The notes beneath the pieces are model-generated. The model worked only from the letters and a program-made list of their open reading frames with translations, did not search any database and was not told where the DNA came from. Positions 42,163-51,374 of a stretch of 64,000 bases of DNA are shown piece after piece. The stretch is from Candidatus Bathyarchaeota archaeon (GTDB lineage Archaea > Thermoproteota > Bathyarchaeia > Bathyarchaeales > Bathycorpusculaceae): the NCBI GenBank assembly GCA_963777155.1, contig CAVZPM010000009.1, forward strand, positions 1 to 64,000, read 5' to 3'. Position numbers and translations under genes: made by a program. Positions within the stretch are counted from its first letter, which is position 1; each line of letters starts with the position of its first letter.

Positions 42163-42763
42163 CGTACTCCAAGACTTTGTCAGCCTGTTCCTTAGAAATA
42201 TGTTTTCCCAGGTATAGTGAGTTTACGATATCCGTGATTTTTGCTAGAGAGTGAACTTGATAGCCGAGTTTTTCTAGTTTTTCTTTACCGCCGTGCTCAC
42301 GGTTTACCACGACTAGCAAATGTTTTACAGAGGCACCGAGATCCTGGAGGGGTTTAATGCCTTCGACTTTGGATAACCCTTCGCTTATTACGTCGTCGAA
42401 GAAGATTATTTGGTCGCCTTTGTTTACGTCTGCACCTGCTATTCTCCCTGTGACACCGTAGGCTTTCTCTTCTTTCCGGACAATAATGCAGGGTAGGTTT
42501 AGGTTGCAGGCAATGCTTGGCGCAATCAATGCACCCTTAAGTTCAATGGAAGCTAACTTGTCTATTTGGTCGACAGCCATTATTCCCTTGATCTTTTCCG
42601 AAGCGGCTTCAGCTATTGTGCAGAGTTGTTTCGGCGCAGAAAGCACTCGTGCTAAGTCGATGTAGTAAGGGCTTGTTGCTCCAGACTTGATTTTAAAACT
42701 ACCGAATTTTAAGCATCCGGAAAAATAAAGAGCGTCAGCCACTCTATCTGTAACAGTTGACAT
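42140..42763 (-). CDS. pyrE: Orotate phosphoribosyltransferase
   Basis: FGSFKIKSG.TSPYYID, RKEEKAYG, FDDVISEG. Confidence 0.92.
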   Translation of the reverse strand: MSTVTDRVADALYFSGCLKFGSFKIKSGATSPYYIDLARVLSAPKQLCTIAEAASEKIKGIMAVDQIDKLASIELKGALIAPSIACNLNLPCIIVRKEEKAYGVTGRIAGADVNKGDQIIFFDDVISEGLSKVEGIKPLQDLGASVKHLLVVVNREHGGKEKLEKLGYQVHSLAKITDIVNSLYLGKHISKEQADKVLEYVKHFQYL

Positions 42764-43151
42764 GTGAAATTTCCCTGAGTTGAATGCTCACTTGCAGATT
42801 TAACCCTTTACCATCTTATTTTTCGGTCACAAGGTGAGTTAAGAAGTAAGATTTTTCCCTCATTAGCCCATCGCAAAAAAGAGTCTGTTTTTTTCCTGAG
42901 CAAAAAGAAGGGAAGACTTTACAAACTTATGATTAAGAGTTATCTACGAATAGTTGCTGTTTGATAGGACAATAACAGTTGCATTTACAGAATTGGGTAA
43001 GGCTTGTTTTGGGTCGATTTTGATATTTGTTTTTGTAAAGGCTGCAGGGTACAGTGTAGAATTGTTAGAGAAGATGAGGTTCTTTTAGGCGCCGACTGAA
43101 TGAGAGCCCTCCGGATTTCCCAAGCCAACCGCAGGTTGAAAAAAACGAGGG

Positions 43152-44126
43152 TTAAACGACCAAGTCAGCCATGTCTACGCTTCTCTCGTAAATCTGCCTA
43201 AGAAAAGACACTGCCGACAAAATCTGAGGCATCAAATCTACCGACGAATCCTTCGCCAACTGTTCAATGCTTGAGTAGGTCGACTCGATTTTCTCGCGTA
43301 GATTTCGAACGTTTTCTGCTAATGAAATATCCTTGTTTAAGAAAGCTCTGATTGCTTGCTCGTTAGCTCCAGAACAGGCAAATAGCAGTTCAGACAGCAA
43401 CTTACGAAGGTCATCAGATAGTTTGATTCCGTTGAGTGCCAAAGTGTTTGAAGCAAACTGAACACAGGAGTCACCGATTCCTTCGATTAGGCTTGCAGCC
43501 AAACGATAGTCTAAGCACTCAATGGGCGTGATCCCAAGTTTATCACTCAACCTTGGATTCTGGATAATCGTCCGAAGAGTTCTTACGAGCAAAAAGTAAA
43601 GTCTGTTGCTTTCGTTGTCACGTGAGACCACGCTTTTAGCAAGCTCGAGATCGCTGTTAATAAAAGAGTTAGTGACATCTTTAATCATCCCTGCGACTAA
43701 ACCATGGTTTCGCTGTAGAATTTTTTCAGGCAAAAACCCAAAAGGTTGTTGTGATATGCTCTGTAGGGAAATCTTGCAAATGTTTTCTTCTACGATCTCT
43801 AAGCCTGCCAGAGAACTAGCTGTTGTCTTAACTATTTTTCTTGCAGTGGCATCGATCCGATCCTTGACTTCAATGTTAATAGTATCATAGCCTAACAAGT
43901 ATCGACCCACAATTTCACGCCCCAAAAAAGGACCGACACCCAAAATTGCAACTTTAGGTTCAGGTTCAGCCGCGTTCTTAGGATCAACAAGAAGTTTACC
44001 TTCACCTGTTACCTCCAAATTTACTAAAGCTCCTTTCTTTAAGCCGTTTTCTTTAGCCCAATCTCTGGGTAGGCAAACAAAGAAAGTTCCTGTTGGTGTT
44101 TGCTGAATTTTACGTGATTCACTCAT
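43152..44126 (-). CDS. Phosphate uptake regulator (AbrB + PhoU domains)
   Basis: RKIQQT..GTFFVCLPRDWA AbrB domain; two PhoU repeats. Confidence 0.92.
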   Translation of the reverse strand: MSESRKIQQTPTGTFFVCLPRDWAKENGLKKGALVNLEVTGEGKLLVDPKNAAEPEPKVAILGVGPFLGREIVGRYLLGYDTINIEVKDRIDATARKIVKTTASSLAGLEIVEENICKISLQSISQQPFGFLPEKILQRNHGLVAGMIKDVTNSFINSDLELAKSVVSRDNESNRLYFLLVRTLRTIIQNPRLSDKLGITPIECLDYRLAASLIEGIGDSCVQFASNTLALNGIKLSDDLRKLLSELLFACSGANEQAIRAFLNKDISLAENVRNLREKIESTYSSIEQLAKDSSVDLMPQILSAVSFLRQIYERSVDMADLVV

Positions 44127-44364
44127 ATGCATTTGCACCTTGGGAAGATATAACATATCTAAACTATGGTTTGATTATTTAAATTGAATTGATTTTACAT
44201 AACTTATCGACCAAAAATACAATTCTAAAAGAATAGAGCAAGAATCCTTGGTTTGAATTATTTTAAGAAAAAGAGAAAGGGAAAACAAAAAACAGTAAAT
44301 AACTCAAGAGCATAACTGCCTAACATAAAAATCGTCTCTGACTATTGGTCGAGGTAAGAACTCG

Positions 44365-45939
44365 ATGAACGCGCAAGAAAAACTTCAGAGGGCAATCCAA
44401 GTAACAATCGCCGCGGGATATCAACTAAACAGCGAAGCCTTCGAGTTTCTATGCCAAAACTGCGAAACAAGCGATCCAGTCACCATCATGAATCTCGCTT
44501 TTGAAAGGATACAGGCATTGCAGGAAAAGCCAATGTTTATTGAGAGAGGTTTTTTGGAAGCTCTCCTACAGCCTGCGATATCAGTGCTCGAAACACACTT
44601 GCCAGAGTTAAAAAAACCCCCAGAACCGCAAGCTACTATGGAACCTCTGACGACCCCAGAGACGATTATTGATGAAGCCGAATTCTATCCATACGCAAAA
44701 GACATACCTGCAGACTTCAAAATCATAGAAGACGCAACGGGCAAACTGAGCTCAAACGGAACACTCGACGAATACGTACTTTATTTTCAAGACCGCTTCA
44801 AACGCATTGAACACTTGCTAAGACAGAGAATGGACGTTAAAGCTGCAACCTCAATTCTGGAAGCATTAAAATCACCTGCAAAAACCAAACTAAAAATTAT
44901 CTGCATGTTAACTGAGAAGCGGGATTCAAAGAACCACACTATTCTTTCTGTTGAAGACTTGCAGGGTAGCGCAACTGTGCTGGTACCCCAAAAAGCGGCT
45001 GAAGAAGTTAAGAAGAAAGTCCTCATGCTTCTTCCTGATCAAGTAGTATGCCTGGCCGTAATCAAAACCCGAACCAACCTCCTAATGGTTGAAGACATTA
45101 TCTTTCCAGAGATAGGTAAAAAACAGCAACAGAGGGCAGAAGAACCAGTCTATGCAGTTCTTACTTCCGACATTCATATCGGTAGCACCAAGTTCACTAG
45201 AGATTCCTTTAAAAGATTCATACTCTGGCTCCAAGGTAAATACGGAACTCCAGAGATGCGGGAAATCGCTAGCCGAGTAAAGTACATCTTGGTCGCTGGA
45301 GACATTGTTGATGGCGTGGGAATCTATCCCGGCCAACAATATGAACTGACCATACGCGATGTGCACAAACAATATGACTTTGCTGCAAAATATCTTGAAA
45401 AGATTCCGGATTACATTGAAATCTTTCTCTCTCCGGGGAACCATGATGCAGCTCGTAAATCATTACCGCAACCAGCTATACCTGAAGGGTACCTAACAGC
45501 GATTAAAGGAAAAAAGAACATTCATTCAGTCGGTAGCCCATGTCTTCTAAGCCTTCATGGAGTTGAAGTTCTCATGTACCATGGTAGAAGTTTAGATGAC
45601 ATAATAGCGGTTATCCCTGGAATGGACCATGAACATCCCGAGAAAGCAATGCGGCTACTTATCCAGAGCCGTCATCTAGCACCTGTCTATGGCGGAAAAA
45701 CAATGCTTTCCCCAGAAAACCGAGATTACCTCGTTATCGACAGAGTGCCAGACATTTTCCATGCTGGGCACATACATGTTTTAGGTTATTGTAATTACCG
45801 TGGTGTGCTAGTTGTTAATTCGGGGGGTTGGCAAGACCAAACCGACTATATGGAGAAGTTAGGATTGGTCCCTACACCAGGAAAAGTGCCAGTGGTGAAC
45901 CTGCAAACAATGCATATTACTGTTTTGTCATTTAACTGA
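44365..45939 (+). CDS. polD1: DNA polymerase D small (exonuclease) subunit DP1
   Basis: SDIHIGS, AGDIVDGVGIYPGQ, PGNHD, YHGRS, FHAGHIH. Confidence 0.97.
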   Translation: MNAQEKLQRAIQVTIAAGYQLNSEAFEFLCQNCETSDPVTIMNLAFERIQALQEKPMFIERGFLEALLQPAISVLETHLPELKKPPEPQATMEPLTTPETIIDEAEFYPYAKDIPADFKIIEDATGKLSSNGTLDEYVLYFQDRFKRIEHLLRQRMDVKAATSILEALKSPAKTKLKIICMLTEKRDSKNHTILSVEDLQGSATVLVPQKAAEEVKKKVLMLLPDQVVCLAVIKTRTNLLMVEDIIFPEIGKKQQQRAEEPVYAVLTSDIHIGSTKFTRDSFKRFILWLQGKYGTPEMREIASRVKYILVAGDIVDGVGIYPGQQYELTIRDVHKQYDFAAKYLEKIPDYIEIFLSPGNHDAARKSLPQPAIPEGYLTAIKGKKNIHSVGSPCLLSLHGVEVLMYHGRSLDDIIAVIPGMDHEHPEKAMRLLIQSRHLAPVYGGKTMLSPENRDYLVIDRVPDIFHAGHIHVLGYCNYRGVLVVNSGGWQDQTDYMEKLGLVPTPGKVPVVNLQTMHITVLSFN

Positions 45940-45954
45940 CTTAGACACTACCAG

Positions 45955-47181
45955 CTAAATTCTTGTGGGATATTTGGGGGAATATTCAAATAAACGACTA
46001 AAGCGGTTATCACCACCAAGAACATCTCTAATCAAGCTACGGGAAATCTCCAGTCTAATCTTCTTAGTTCTGCCGTATCGACCCATGCTTACAACTTTTG
46101 CGTTTACAAGACCCATCGAATCAAGCTCATTGACCAAAGTACCTAAACGACGTTGCGTAAGAAGCCCAGAGCCCATCTCCCCGCACAATTCGTTGTAAAT
46201 GTCGTATATTTCCCCGGTTGTAGCGCTCGGTTTGTTTAGATGGTAAACACTCAACAGCACCAGCTTGGAATGCAAAGTCAAGTTATTTAGAGCTTCAACC
46301 ACACGGTTGTGCTCAATGTGTTTCTCCGCTTGGCGCACATGCTCTTCAGTAATTATTTTAGCACCTAAACGTTCAGCAACTTCTCCAGCCACGCGTAACA
46401 GATCCAAAGCTCGTCTAGCATCTCCATGTTCCGCTGCAGCTAAAGCTGAGCAAATACTTAATGCTGAATCAGATAACACTCCATCTTGGAAAGATAATTT
46501 TGAGCGTTCAAGCAAAATATTTCTGAGCTCACCAGCATCATACGGTCTAAAGACTAGTTCTTCTTCACTTAGTGAACTAAAGACCCGTGGGTCCAGAAAT
46601 TCTTTTAGGCGCAAATCATTGGATATACCGATTAGGGCAACTTTGCTTTTGGTTAGCGTTTCGTTTATCCTTGTCAATTCATACATGAATGCGTCGCCAT
46701 GTTCCTTAATCAACGCATCAACCTCATCTAAGACTATTATGAATATTACTCTAGATTGATCTAACCCTGCTCGGAATCTGTCGAAAACTTCTCCCGAAGA
46801 TAACCCTGTGAAGGGAATTGATAAACCCACACTTTGGCTCAGACTTGCAAAAACCCTATATTCAGAACCTGTCATCCTGCAGTTTATGTAGCAGAATTTT
46901 ACTTGCGCACCATACTCCTTAGCCTTGGATTCCAGATGACTTAAAACATATTTTGTTACAGCTGTTTTTCCTGTGCCAGTTTTTCCGTAAATGAAGATAT
47001 TTGAACATCTTGAGTCTCTCAACACTGGAGCAACCGTTGCACCTAAAAGTCTGATCTGGTCTTCGCGGTGTGGAAGCTTTTCAGGAAGATAATCATGTCT
47101 TAAGACCTCACGGTCCTTAAACAATTTAACACCGTTAACGAAGTTTTCGAATACATCATCTAATACATTTGAGTTGCCCAT
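45955..47181 (-). CDS. cdc6: Orc1/Cdc6 replication initiator
   Basis: LPHRE, GKTGTGKT, LDEVD, GDARRALDLLR, GRYGRT. Confidence 0.98.
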   Translation of the reverse strand: MGNSNVLDDVFENFVNGVKLFKDREVLRHDYLPEKLPHREDQIRLLGATVAPVLRDSRCSNIFIYGKTGTGKTAVTKYVLSHLESKAKEYGAQVKFCYINCRMTGSEYRVFASLSQSVGLSIPFTGLSSGEVFDRFRAGLDQSRVIFIIVLDEVDALIKEHGDAFMYELTRINETLTKSKVALIGISNDLRLKEFLDPRVFSSLSEEELVFRPYDAGELRNILLERSKLSFQDGVLSDSALSICSALAAAEHGDARRALDLLRVAGEVAERLGAKIITEEHVRQAEKHIEHNRVVEALNNLTLHSKLVLLSVYHLNKPSATTGEIYDIYNELCGEMGSGLLTQRRLGTLVNELDSMGLVNAKVVSMGRYGRTKKIRLEISRSLIRDVLGGDNRFSRLFEYSPKYPTRI

Positions 47182-47217
47182 TAGCCCATCCCTCTTATTC
47201 TATAGGCAACACGGTTA

Positions 47218-47794
47218 TTTCGAGTGGAACAGATAAAGGATACACTACAAAAAACTGGTTTTAGAACACAACAATCCTAAAAATCAATGAAAACAAGCGT
47301 TAACAACCAAACAAAGCAAGAGAAGACACACCCCAACGCTTCTACTGGAGAAATAAGCCACTTAAAAGAAAAGTACTAATTATAATATATGTAAATATAT
47401 ACTCTGGTAGGTTAAAAGTTCTTAAGTATATTAATAATTGTCATCCAAGAAATTAGACAAACATTCTGCAAATATTTTTTCAAGCTTTCCTGTCTTCTTT
47501 TTATCCTAAAACTTCGAGAGGAAACGTAGGGGTGGCCCTAAAACTAATTTATCTATGGAAAACACTTGGTTATAGATGGCAAGTTGTTTGATTTTAGCAT
47601 AATCTCGGTATAATCAACTCCGAGTAAAATTTGCCTCTTTTCGGAATAAAATTATGTTTGGCTTCACGTTCACAAAATTGTGAATACGTATGAAATAACA
47701 AAAATTCTGTTGGATTGTCAAGCTCTTTTTCCTATTAATTACCCTATTTCTGTCTTTCACAAGTGAATAAGCCACCCCTTCACTTCTACTGGAA
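47218..47794. promoter_or_regulatory. Replication origin (oriC) with four ORB elements in alternating orientation
   Basis: 47218+ TTTCGAGTGGAAC; 47331-47350(-) CTCCAGTAGAAGCGTTGGGG; 47512+ CTTCGAGAGGAAACGTAGGGG; 47775-47794(-) TTCCAGTAGAAGTGAAGGGG; AT-rich spacers; upstream of cdc6. Confidence 0.9.
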
Positions 47795-47968
47795 AACCGA
47801 AACAAGGACTGAACAATAATCTTTCAGCCTATCTGTTTATCTGTGAAGCTGGTAATAGCAATAAAGCTCCAAAAACAGCCGAATCAGCAAAAACAAGCAC
47901 TAATCCACCTTTTCATATGTGTCCAATTCACCGTAACAGCTTTAAGGTGTGAAGTGCAAAGTTGTGAA
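47663..47968. repeat. Cluster of GTGAA/TTCAC motifs upstream of the 142-aa wHTH gene
   Basis: 10 copies at 47663, 47669, 47680, 47756, 47763, 47779, 47843, 47927, 47949, 47964, including TTCACAA-AA-TTGTGAA. Confidence 0.7.
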
Positions 47969-47989
47969 CAACCTTAAGGTGTATCTGGG

Positions 47990-48418
47990 ATGCCGGCTCG
48001 TAAAATGCGCGTTGAGCTGTTCGATAGCGATGGTAATCGATATACCATTGCTTTTGAGGGTCAAGTAACCCGCGATAAAGCTCTGCGCCTACTTGACCTT
48101 GTCGAATTGCTAGGTGGTACACCTGGAGAAGGTCCAACTGTAAGCACAGGGCCAGTGATGCCTAACCGTGCCTTGTCACGTTTTGAGAAAGTCCAGTTGG
48201 TTATCCAAAAGAATTTTCCATTAATTTGGTTCTCTTCTAAAGACATTCAATCCATTTATGAACAGGAACTCAAAGAGCCAGTTGGCCTAAGCACTGTATC
48301 CACTTACCTCTCAAGGATGTCTGCTAAAGGTATGCTGATGAGGACTGGCGGATCAAACAGCCTCAAATACAAGACTGCGCCAAATGTTCCACAGGCAATT
48401 AAGCAGCGTATAAAATAG
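47990..48418 (+). CDS. Uncharacterised protein with C-terminal winged helix
   Basis: WFSSKDIQSIYEQELKEPVGLSTVSTYLSRM..KG.L.R.G wHTH pattern. Confidence 0.85.
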   Translation: MPARKMRVELFDSDGNRYTIAFEGQVTRDKALRLLDLVELLGGTPGEGPTVSTGPVMPNRALSRFEKVQLVIQKNFPLIWFSSKDIQSIYEQELKEPVGLSTVSTYLSRMSAKGMLMRTGGSNSLKYKTAPNVPQAIKQRIK

Positions 48419-48419
48419 C

Positions 48420-48456
48420 TTCACAATCTCTTCACAATATAGCATCAACTTGTGAA
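48420..48456. repeat. Three GTGAA/TTCAC motifs in the convergent intergenic gap
   Basis: TTCACAAT at 48420 and 48431 (11-bp spacing); GTGAA at 48452. Confidence 0.65.
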
Positions 48457-48476
48457 TGAAGCTAAAGATTTTATTG

Positions 48477-49337
48477 TTAGGTTGTTGGAGGTTCAGCCTT
48501 CTGTAGCAGAGCTTCCATTTCTTTCTTGATAGTATAGAGGAACGGAATCTTTCCTGCTTCCCTCTCAACATATCCTTCTTCATAGATCTTCTTCATCAAC
48601 CGTGCAGTATGCTCTCTACTAAGGTGGACTCTCTCTTTGATTTCCGGGGCAGTCTTCGCGCCTTCTTTTAAGAGCATTTCAAGCACTGTGATCTCTGTGT
48701 CAGTTAGAGCTGCTAAGGCTTTGTCGCGTCTAATGGGTACAGGTGGCAATAGAATTTCTGTTCTAATCTCTTGCTGTGGTTGAGCAACGGATAGTTTCTG
48801 GATTTGTTCCTCGAACCCTGCAATTCTATTTTTAAGAGATTCCTGTGTAGCCACGATGTCTTGGAGCTTTGCCTCTAATCCGGACAACCCAGACGTGATG
48901 GTGACATTGTTTTGCGTGTTTACTGATAAGTTCTTCGTAATTGTCTTTGACATCTCTTGCTGTGATTGGCTAAGCGCGCTAAGTTGGATTTCGAGTGGCT
49001 CGATTTTGCCCTCTAATCTTTCTGCTTTTCGGTGGCTGGCATCAGCTGCGATGTAGCTGCCATCGACTTTGGAAACCATTGTGTCAAATTTGTTAGCTTC
49101 ACGTTTTAATTCACGGTTGAAACTTAGCACAATATCCTCAATGAACTCTCTAGCTTTCTCATATTCTCTATGTGCCCTGCGTATTTGACGATAATATTCA
49201 TACGCAGCTACCGCTGTTAAAGCTAATAATACGCCAAAGATTATTGCCGTTAGGTCAACCGTACTTTTCCTCCCCTGTGATTTGACCGTGACCCCGCGTG
49301 ATTTAACGGTTGCATCACACATCACAGTATTCTCCAT
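48477..49337 (-). CDS. Membrane-anchored coiled-coil protein with C-terminal winged HTH (true start probably near 49262)
   Basis: TM AIIFGVLLALTAVAAY; long heptad region; LTDTEITVLEML..EG.KTAPEIK..VHLSREHTARLMKKIYEEGYVER. Confidence 0.87.
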   Translation of the reverse strand: MENTVMCDATVKSRGVTVKSQGRKSTVDLTAIIFGVLLALTAVAAYEYYRQIRRAHREYEKAREFIEDIVLSFNRELKREANKFDTMVSKVDGSYIAADASHRKAERLEGKIEPLEIQLSALSQSQQEMSKTITKNLSVNTQNNVTITSGLSGLEAKLQDIVATQESLKNRIAGFEEQIQKLSVAQPQQEIRTEILLPPVPIRRDKALAALTDTEITVLEMLLKEGAKTAPEIKERVHLSREHTARLMKKIYEEGYVEREAGKIPFLYTIKKEMEALLQKAEPPTT

Positions 49338-49560
49338 GGAAATTTAAGGTTATTGGTGACATCAATCCATGTTAGATATGACATCACACATCACAAACCG
49401 CCAAAATCCCTTCTGCTTATGTTTATCCATGTGTTAAAATAGCTTTGATTTAGCCTTATTTTGTGGAATAATCCTTGATTATTGAACCTGCGTGATATGT
49501 GATTTACTTCCTAAAAATATGGAAAAAATGATTGAATAACCTGTGATTTGTGACGTCACA
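49277..49560. repeat. Dense GTGAY/RTCAC motif array (cluster 1)
   Basis: 13 copies; CATCACA-CATCACA tandems at 49313 and 49382; palindrome TGTGACGTCACA at 49549. Confidence 0.85.
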
Positions 49561-50053
49561 GGAGCTCTTCTGATGGACTAGAAAGCCGTTTTAAGCTCGT
49601 TTCGAGCTCCGTTCTGATGATTTCTATGACTTTTAGGTGGTCTTTTAGTTCCTCTTCCTTGCTAGGTATGTCCTGGTGAGCCTCGACATATTCGTGCAGT
49701 TTATTGGCTATTTCGAGGTATGGGTCGAGAGTTGTGGTCTCAAAAACACCCAAATACCCTAGAAGTAGTACTGTGTAGATGGATTTAATGACGTTTTCAT
49801 TGGACTGTTTTAAGGTCCTATTAAACGATCCACGACTTATTTTAGCCCTTGTTAGCCTTAAAGCGGCTTTTTCATCGTACTTTAGCTGTTTACCCGATAT
49901 ACTCTCGGCTAAAACGTTAATGAGCAAAGTTTCCAGTTGTGTTTTTGTTAAATGGCTATTTTTAGCCAGAATTTGCACAATAGGGTCGTTTAACGCCCCA
50001 TTTAACCAAGCTGTTACGCCGTCTTTTAGCTTCAAATCTATGCTTTCCTCCAT
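49556..50053 (-). CDS. Uncharacterised helical protein with HTH-like segment
   Basis: LTKTQLETLL...YDEKAALR....ISRGSFNRTLKQ; acidic C-terminal helices. Confidence 0.82.
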   Translation of the reverse strand: MEESIDLKLKDGVTAWLNGALNDPIVQILAKNSHLTKTQLETLLINVLAESISGKQLKYDEKAALRLTRAKISRGSFNRTLKQSNENVIKSIYTVLLLGYLGVFETTTLDPYLEIANKLHEYVEAHQDIPSKEEELKDHLKVIEIIRTELETSLKRLSSPSEELL

Positions 50054-50403
50054 ACTCCAAATGGATACAGATTTGTATACTGCGCCTGCTTTTTATCCTT
50101 TAGACGGACCCTAAACTCTCAAAACCGCTCAATAAAATGGTCAAAACAGCACTAAAACGCTAAAATAACTCTAAATTTCAGACCTTTATTAAAATCTACA
50201 GTAATTTGGTACAATTAACATAATAAAGGCTAAAATATCGGGAGGTTTTTCAGTGAATATGCCTGAACTTTACACAAAAAATGCACTTTTGTAGGCGCAC
50301 CAAACCCGCCACACCTCTTTTTTTAATATTTCCGACGAAATAGCACACAGTTTTAGCTGCCTATTCTATAATTAAAACACATTTTTACATGCAAGTCTCC
50401 CAT

Positions 50404-50495
50404 GTGACACCATTAAAAAAACCTGTGATGTCACTAAAAAACCGTGATTTAGCCAAAATTCACTTGATATCACAACCCTGTGATTCACCTGTGAT
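50404..50495. repeat. Dense GTGAY/RTCAC motif array (cluster 2)
   Basis: 7 copies at 50404, 50425, 50430, 50444, 50469, 50480, 50491, including GTGATGTCAC. Confidence 0.85.
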
Positions 50496-50530
50496 GCCAA
50501 ACTCCAAGGCGACGATATATGTGTGAGGTG

Positions 50531-51364
50531 CTAAATTTGCTCTGAAAGCCGCTTTAGTTGATCATAAATCTCCGGTCTGAGATCACGGAGTGTAGGAATG
50601 AATGTTTCAGCGGCCCTCAAATCGCCAAAATCTACTTCGCAGACCACAAAATCCTCTTCATCATACTTTGCTTTAGCTAAAACGTCGCCTGTTGGACCCA
50701 CAAGGCGACTTCCACCCCAAAACTGCAGCCCATCCTCAACTCCTGCAAGGTTAACATATGCGAGATACGCGGTATTTTCCAAGGCTCTGGCGGCTGTTAG
50801 GATTTCAAAGTAGCCTCTACGCACCGCCGGTGACGCGGAAATGCAGATTATGAGTTGTGCACCCTTCAATCTCGGCAGCCTAAATACTTCTGGAAAGAAA
50901 ACATCATAGCAAATTGTTAATCCAATGTTTCCGATTTCAGTTTGGAAAGCCGCTGGCTCATATCCAGGCCGAAAATATCTTTTCTCCTCAAACACGCTGT
51001 GAGTAGGCAAGTACATTTTTCGGTATTTACCGATTAAACCCTGTGGCCCAATAAAGACTGCGGTGTTATAGACTGTTGCTTGAGTTTTTTCGCTTAGTTC
51101 AGGCATCCCAAAAATGATGTACATACCTGTTTTCTTGGCTAGCGTCGTTATCTTCTCAGTTGTGGGTCCAGGAATTGTTTCAGCCAACTCGTATACTTGA
51201 TCTAAAATAACATAACCCGTCAAGCACATCTCGGGAAAAATGGCTATATCTGCACCCTGCCGTTTTGCTTCTAAGGTCAAATTCTCAATTTTTTGCAAGT
51301 TCTCGGTTTTGTTTTCCCGTTTACTACTTATCTGGCACAGGGCAAGTTTGATTTTATGCTTCAT
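50531..51364 (-). CDS. Carbon-nitrogen hydrolase (nitrilase family); probable glutaminase partner of NadE
   Basis: FPE, YRK, ICYD catalytic triad; directly downstream of nadE. Confidence 0.92.
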   Translation of the reverse strand: MKHKIKLALCQISSKRENKTENLQKIENLTLEAKRQGADIAIFPEMCLTGYVILDQVYELAETIPGPTTEKITTLAKKTGMYIIFGMPELSEKTQATVYNTAVFIGPQGLIGKYRKMYLPTHSVFEEKRYFRPGYEPAAFQTEIGNIGLTICYDVFFPEVFRLPRLKGAQLIICISASPAVRRGYFEILTAARALENTAYLAYVNLAGVEDGLQFWGGSRLVGPTGDVLAKAKYDEEDFVVCEVDFGDLRAAETFIPTLRDLRPEIYDQLKRLSEQI

Positions 51365-51374
51365 TTTTCCACTT

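Noticed and set aside
49277-50495. Repeat clusters as a CRISPR array or transposon ends
   Set aside because: Units are only 5-7 bp with irregular spacing; no spacers, cas genes or transposase
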